Source: Oscillospiraceae bacterium (GTDB lineage Bacteria; Bacillota; Clostridia; Oscillospirales; Ruminococcaceae). From it: a stretch of 28,687 bases of DNA. Location of the stretch: the NCBI GenBank assembly GCA_019416775.1, contig DXWR01000068.1:1-28687 (forward strand), written 5' to 3'. A program made the position numbers and the translations under genes. This document shows positions 27,796-28,687 of the stretch, piece by piece; within the stretch, counting starts at the first letter, position 1; every line of letters begins with the position of its first letter. The notes below the pieces were generated by a model that searched no databases, was not told where the DNA came from, and saw only the letters and a list, made by a program, of their open reading frames with translations.

Positions 27796-28638
27796 TCAAC
27801 TCCTGGCCCGGCAGATTTCCGCCACGGTCCGGTAAACGGAGTCGGTAAAAAGTAGATAATAAGTCACGTTGGCTTCGGGATCGGTGACGGGAATCTTATT
27901 TCGCTTACGATACAGCTCCTGGGAATCTCTGGCCAGATCGGTGGTAAAGCAAGGCAAGGAGGAATGGCGCACTAATTCTGCAAATTCAAAAGAATCGGTC
28001 TGCACCAAAAACCGGGAAGCCGGCATCTTTTCCCGACAGAGTTTGTCCCAAAATCCAATCTGGGAGAGGAGCAGGCAGTTAAAGCCGTTCAGTTCTTCAA
28101 AGGTTAAACTTTTGCAATGGGCCAAATAGTGTTCCTTTGGCACACAGACCGACAATTTTTCTTCCAATAAGGGCACACAGCCCACCCCCTCCAATTCCAC
28201 CGGCCAAGGCAGGATTCCCAGCTCGCAGTCCCCGTCTGCCACTTTGCGGATGATTTCCACTTCTTCCGATAGAGTGGAAGAGATGGTCCGACCGGGAAAT
28301 TCCGAGGACAAAATGGGGAGCAGCGACCACAGGGGGGCCGGGGCGCAGGACTGCACGGTAATGGTGTGCAGCCGCTTGTCAAAGGCCCGGACCTGTACCA
28401 CCGCCTCCCGGGCATCTGCCAACAAGTTTCGGGCATATTCCACCGCCTTTTTCCCGGTATCATTCAACTGGATTTTGTTTTTGCTGCGGGAAAACAGGGC
28501 GACTCCAAATTCCTCTTCCAGGTGCTGCATGGTTCGGGTGATGGTGGGTTGGGAGAGATGCAATACTTCGGCGGCTTTGGAGAGGGTGCCCTGATCCGCA
28601 AACACCACCAACTGTTCCAATTCCAACAAATTCAGCAT
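27796..28638 (-). CDS. LysR-family transcriptional regulator
   Basis: GTLSKAAEVLHLSQPTITRTMQHLEEEFGVALFSR wHTH plus substrate-binding domain; RBS AAGGAGG. Confidence 0.95.
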   Translation of the reverse strand: MLNLLELEQLVVFADQGTLSKAAEVLHLSQPTITRTMQHLEEEFGVALFSRSKNKIQLNDTGKKAVEYARNLLADAREAVVQVRAFDKRLHTITVQSCAPAPLWSLLPILSSEFPGRTISSTLSEEVEIIRKVADGDCELGILPWPVELEGVGCVPLLEEKLSVCVPKEHYLAHCKSLTFEELNGFNCLLLSQIGFWDKLCREKMPASRFLVQTDSFEFAELVRHSSLPCFTTDLARDSQELYRKRNKIPVTDPEANVTYYLLFTDSVYRTVAEICRARS

Positions 28639-28657
28639 TCAGATCCTCCTTTCACTA

Positions 28658-28670
28658 TTCATTTTATGAA
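28658..28670. promoter_or_regulatory. Candidate LysR box (T-N11-A dyad)
   Basis: TTCAT-TTT-ATGAA, 20 bp upstream of the LysR start. Confidence 0.5.
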
Positions 28671-28687
28671 ATCTGTAATTCAATATT

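Noticed and set aside
27260..27835. 191-aa ORF bridging the lysS 3' end and the Cys-rich gene
   Set aside because: Out-of-frame overlap with two better-supported genes, and crosses the lysS hairpin.
1..28687. CRISPR array, tRNA/rRNA, IS element, integrase or prophage
   Set aside because: No regularly spaced repeats, cloverleafs, or transposase/integrase/phage motifs were seen.

Overview
Chromosomal window from a spore-forming Firmicute. The dockerin, YpeB, SpoIID-domain protein and class B sortase suggest Oscillospiraceae/Ruminococcaceae-like Clostridia, which is an inference. In order it contains: an XRE HTH regulator converging on rny (RNase Y); the rpmG-secE-nusG-rplK-rplA-rplJ-rplL cluster with two L1-binding sites and an L10 leader, not followed by rpoBC; a 1288-aa secreted, internally duplicated GLUG-repeat/Ig-like/dockerin protein; a translationally coupled WYL regulator + metallophosphoesterase pair; a minus-strand run of cysteine desulfurase-thiI-CinA/PncC-class B sortase-SpoIID/LytB-galM; a solo ypeB with a sigmaG-type promoter; a GldA/GldF/GldG-like ABC system with a DUF4340-like protein; greA-lysS; a small Cys/His-rich protein; and a LysR regulator. 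I see no tRNA, rRNA, CRISPR array, transposase or integrase. The best leads for undescribed biology are the WYL-phosphoesterase module, a ~390-nt structured leader of rny, a repeat-based switch-like rpmG leader, the substrate-less sortase B + SpoIID pair, and the Gld-like ABC system. All family calls come from motif recognition by eye; no database search was run.
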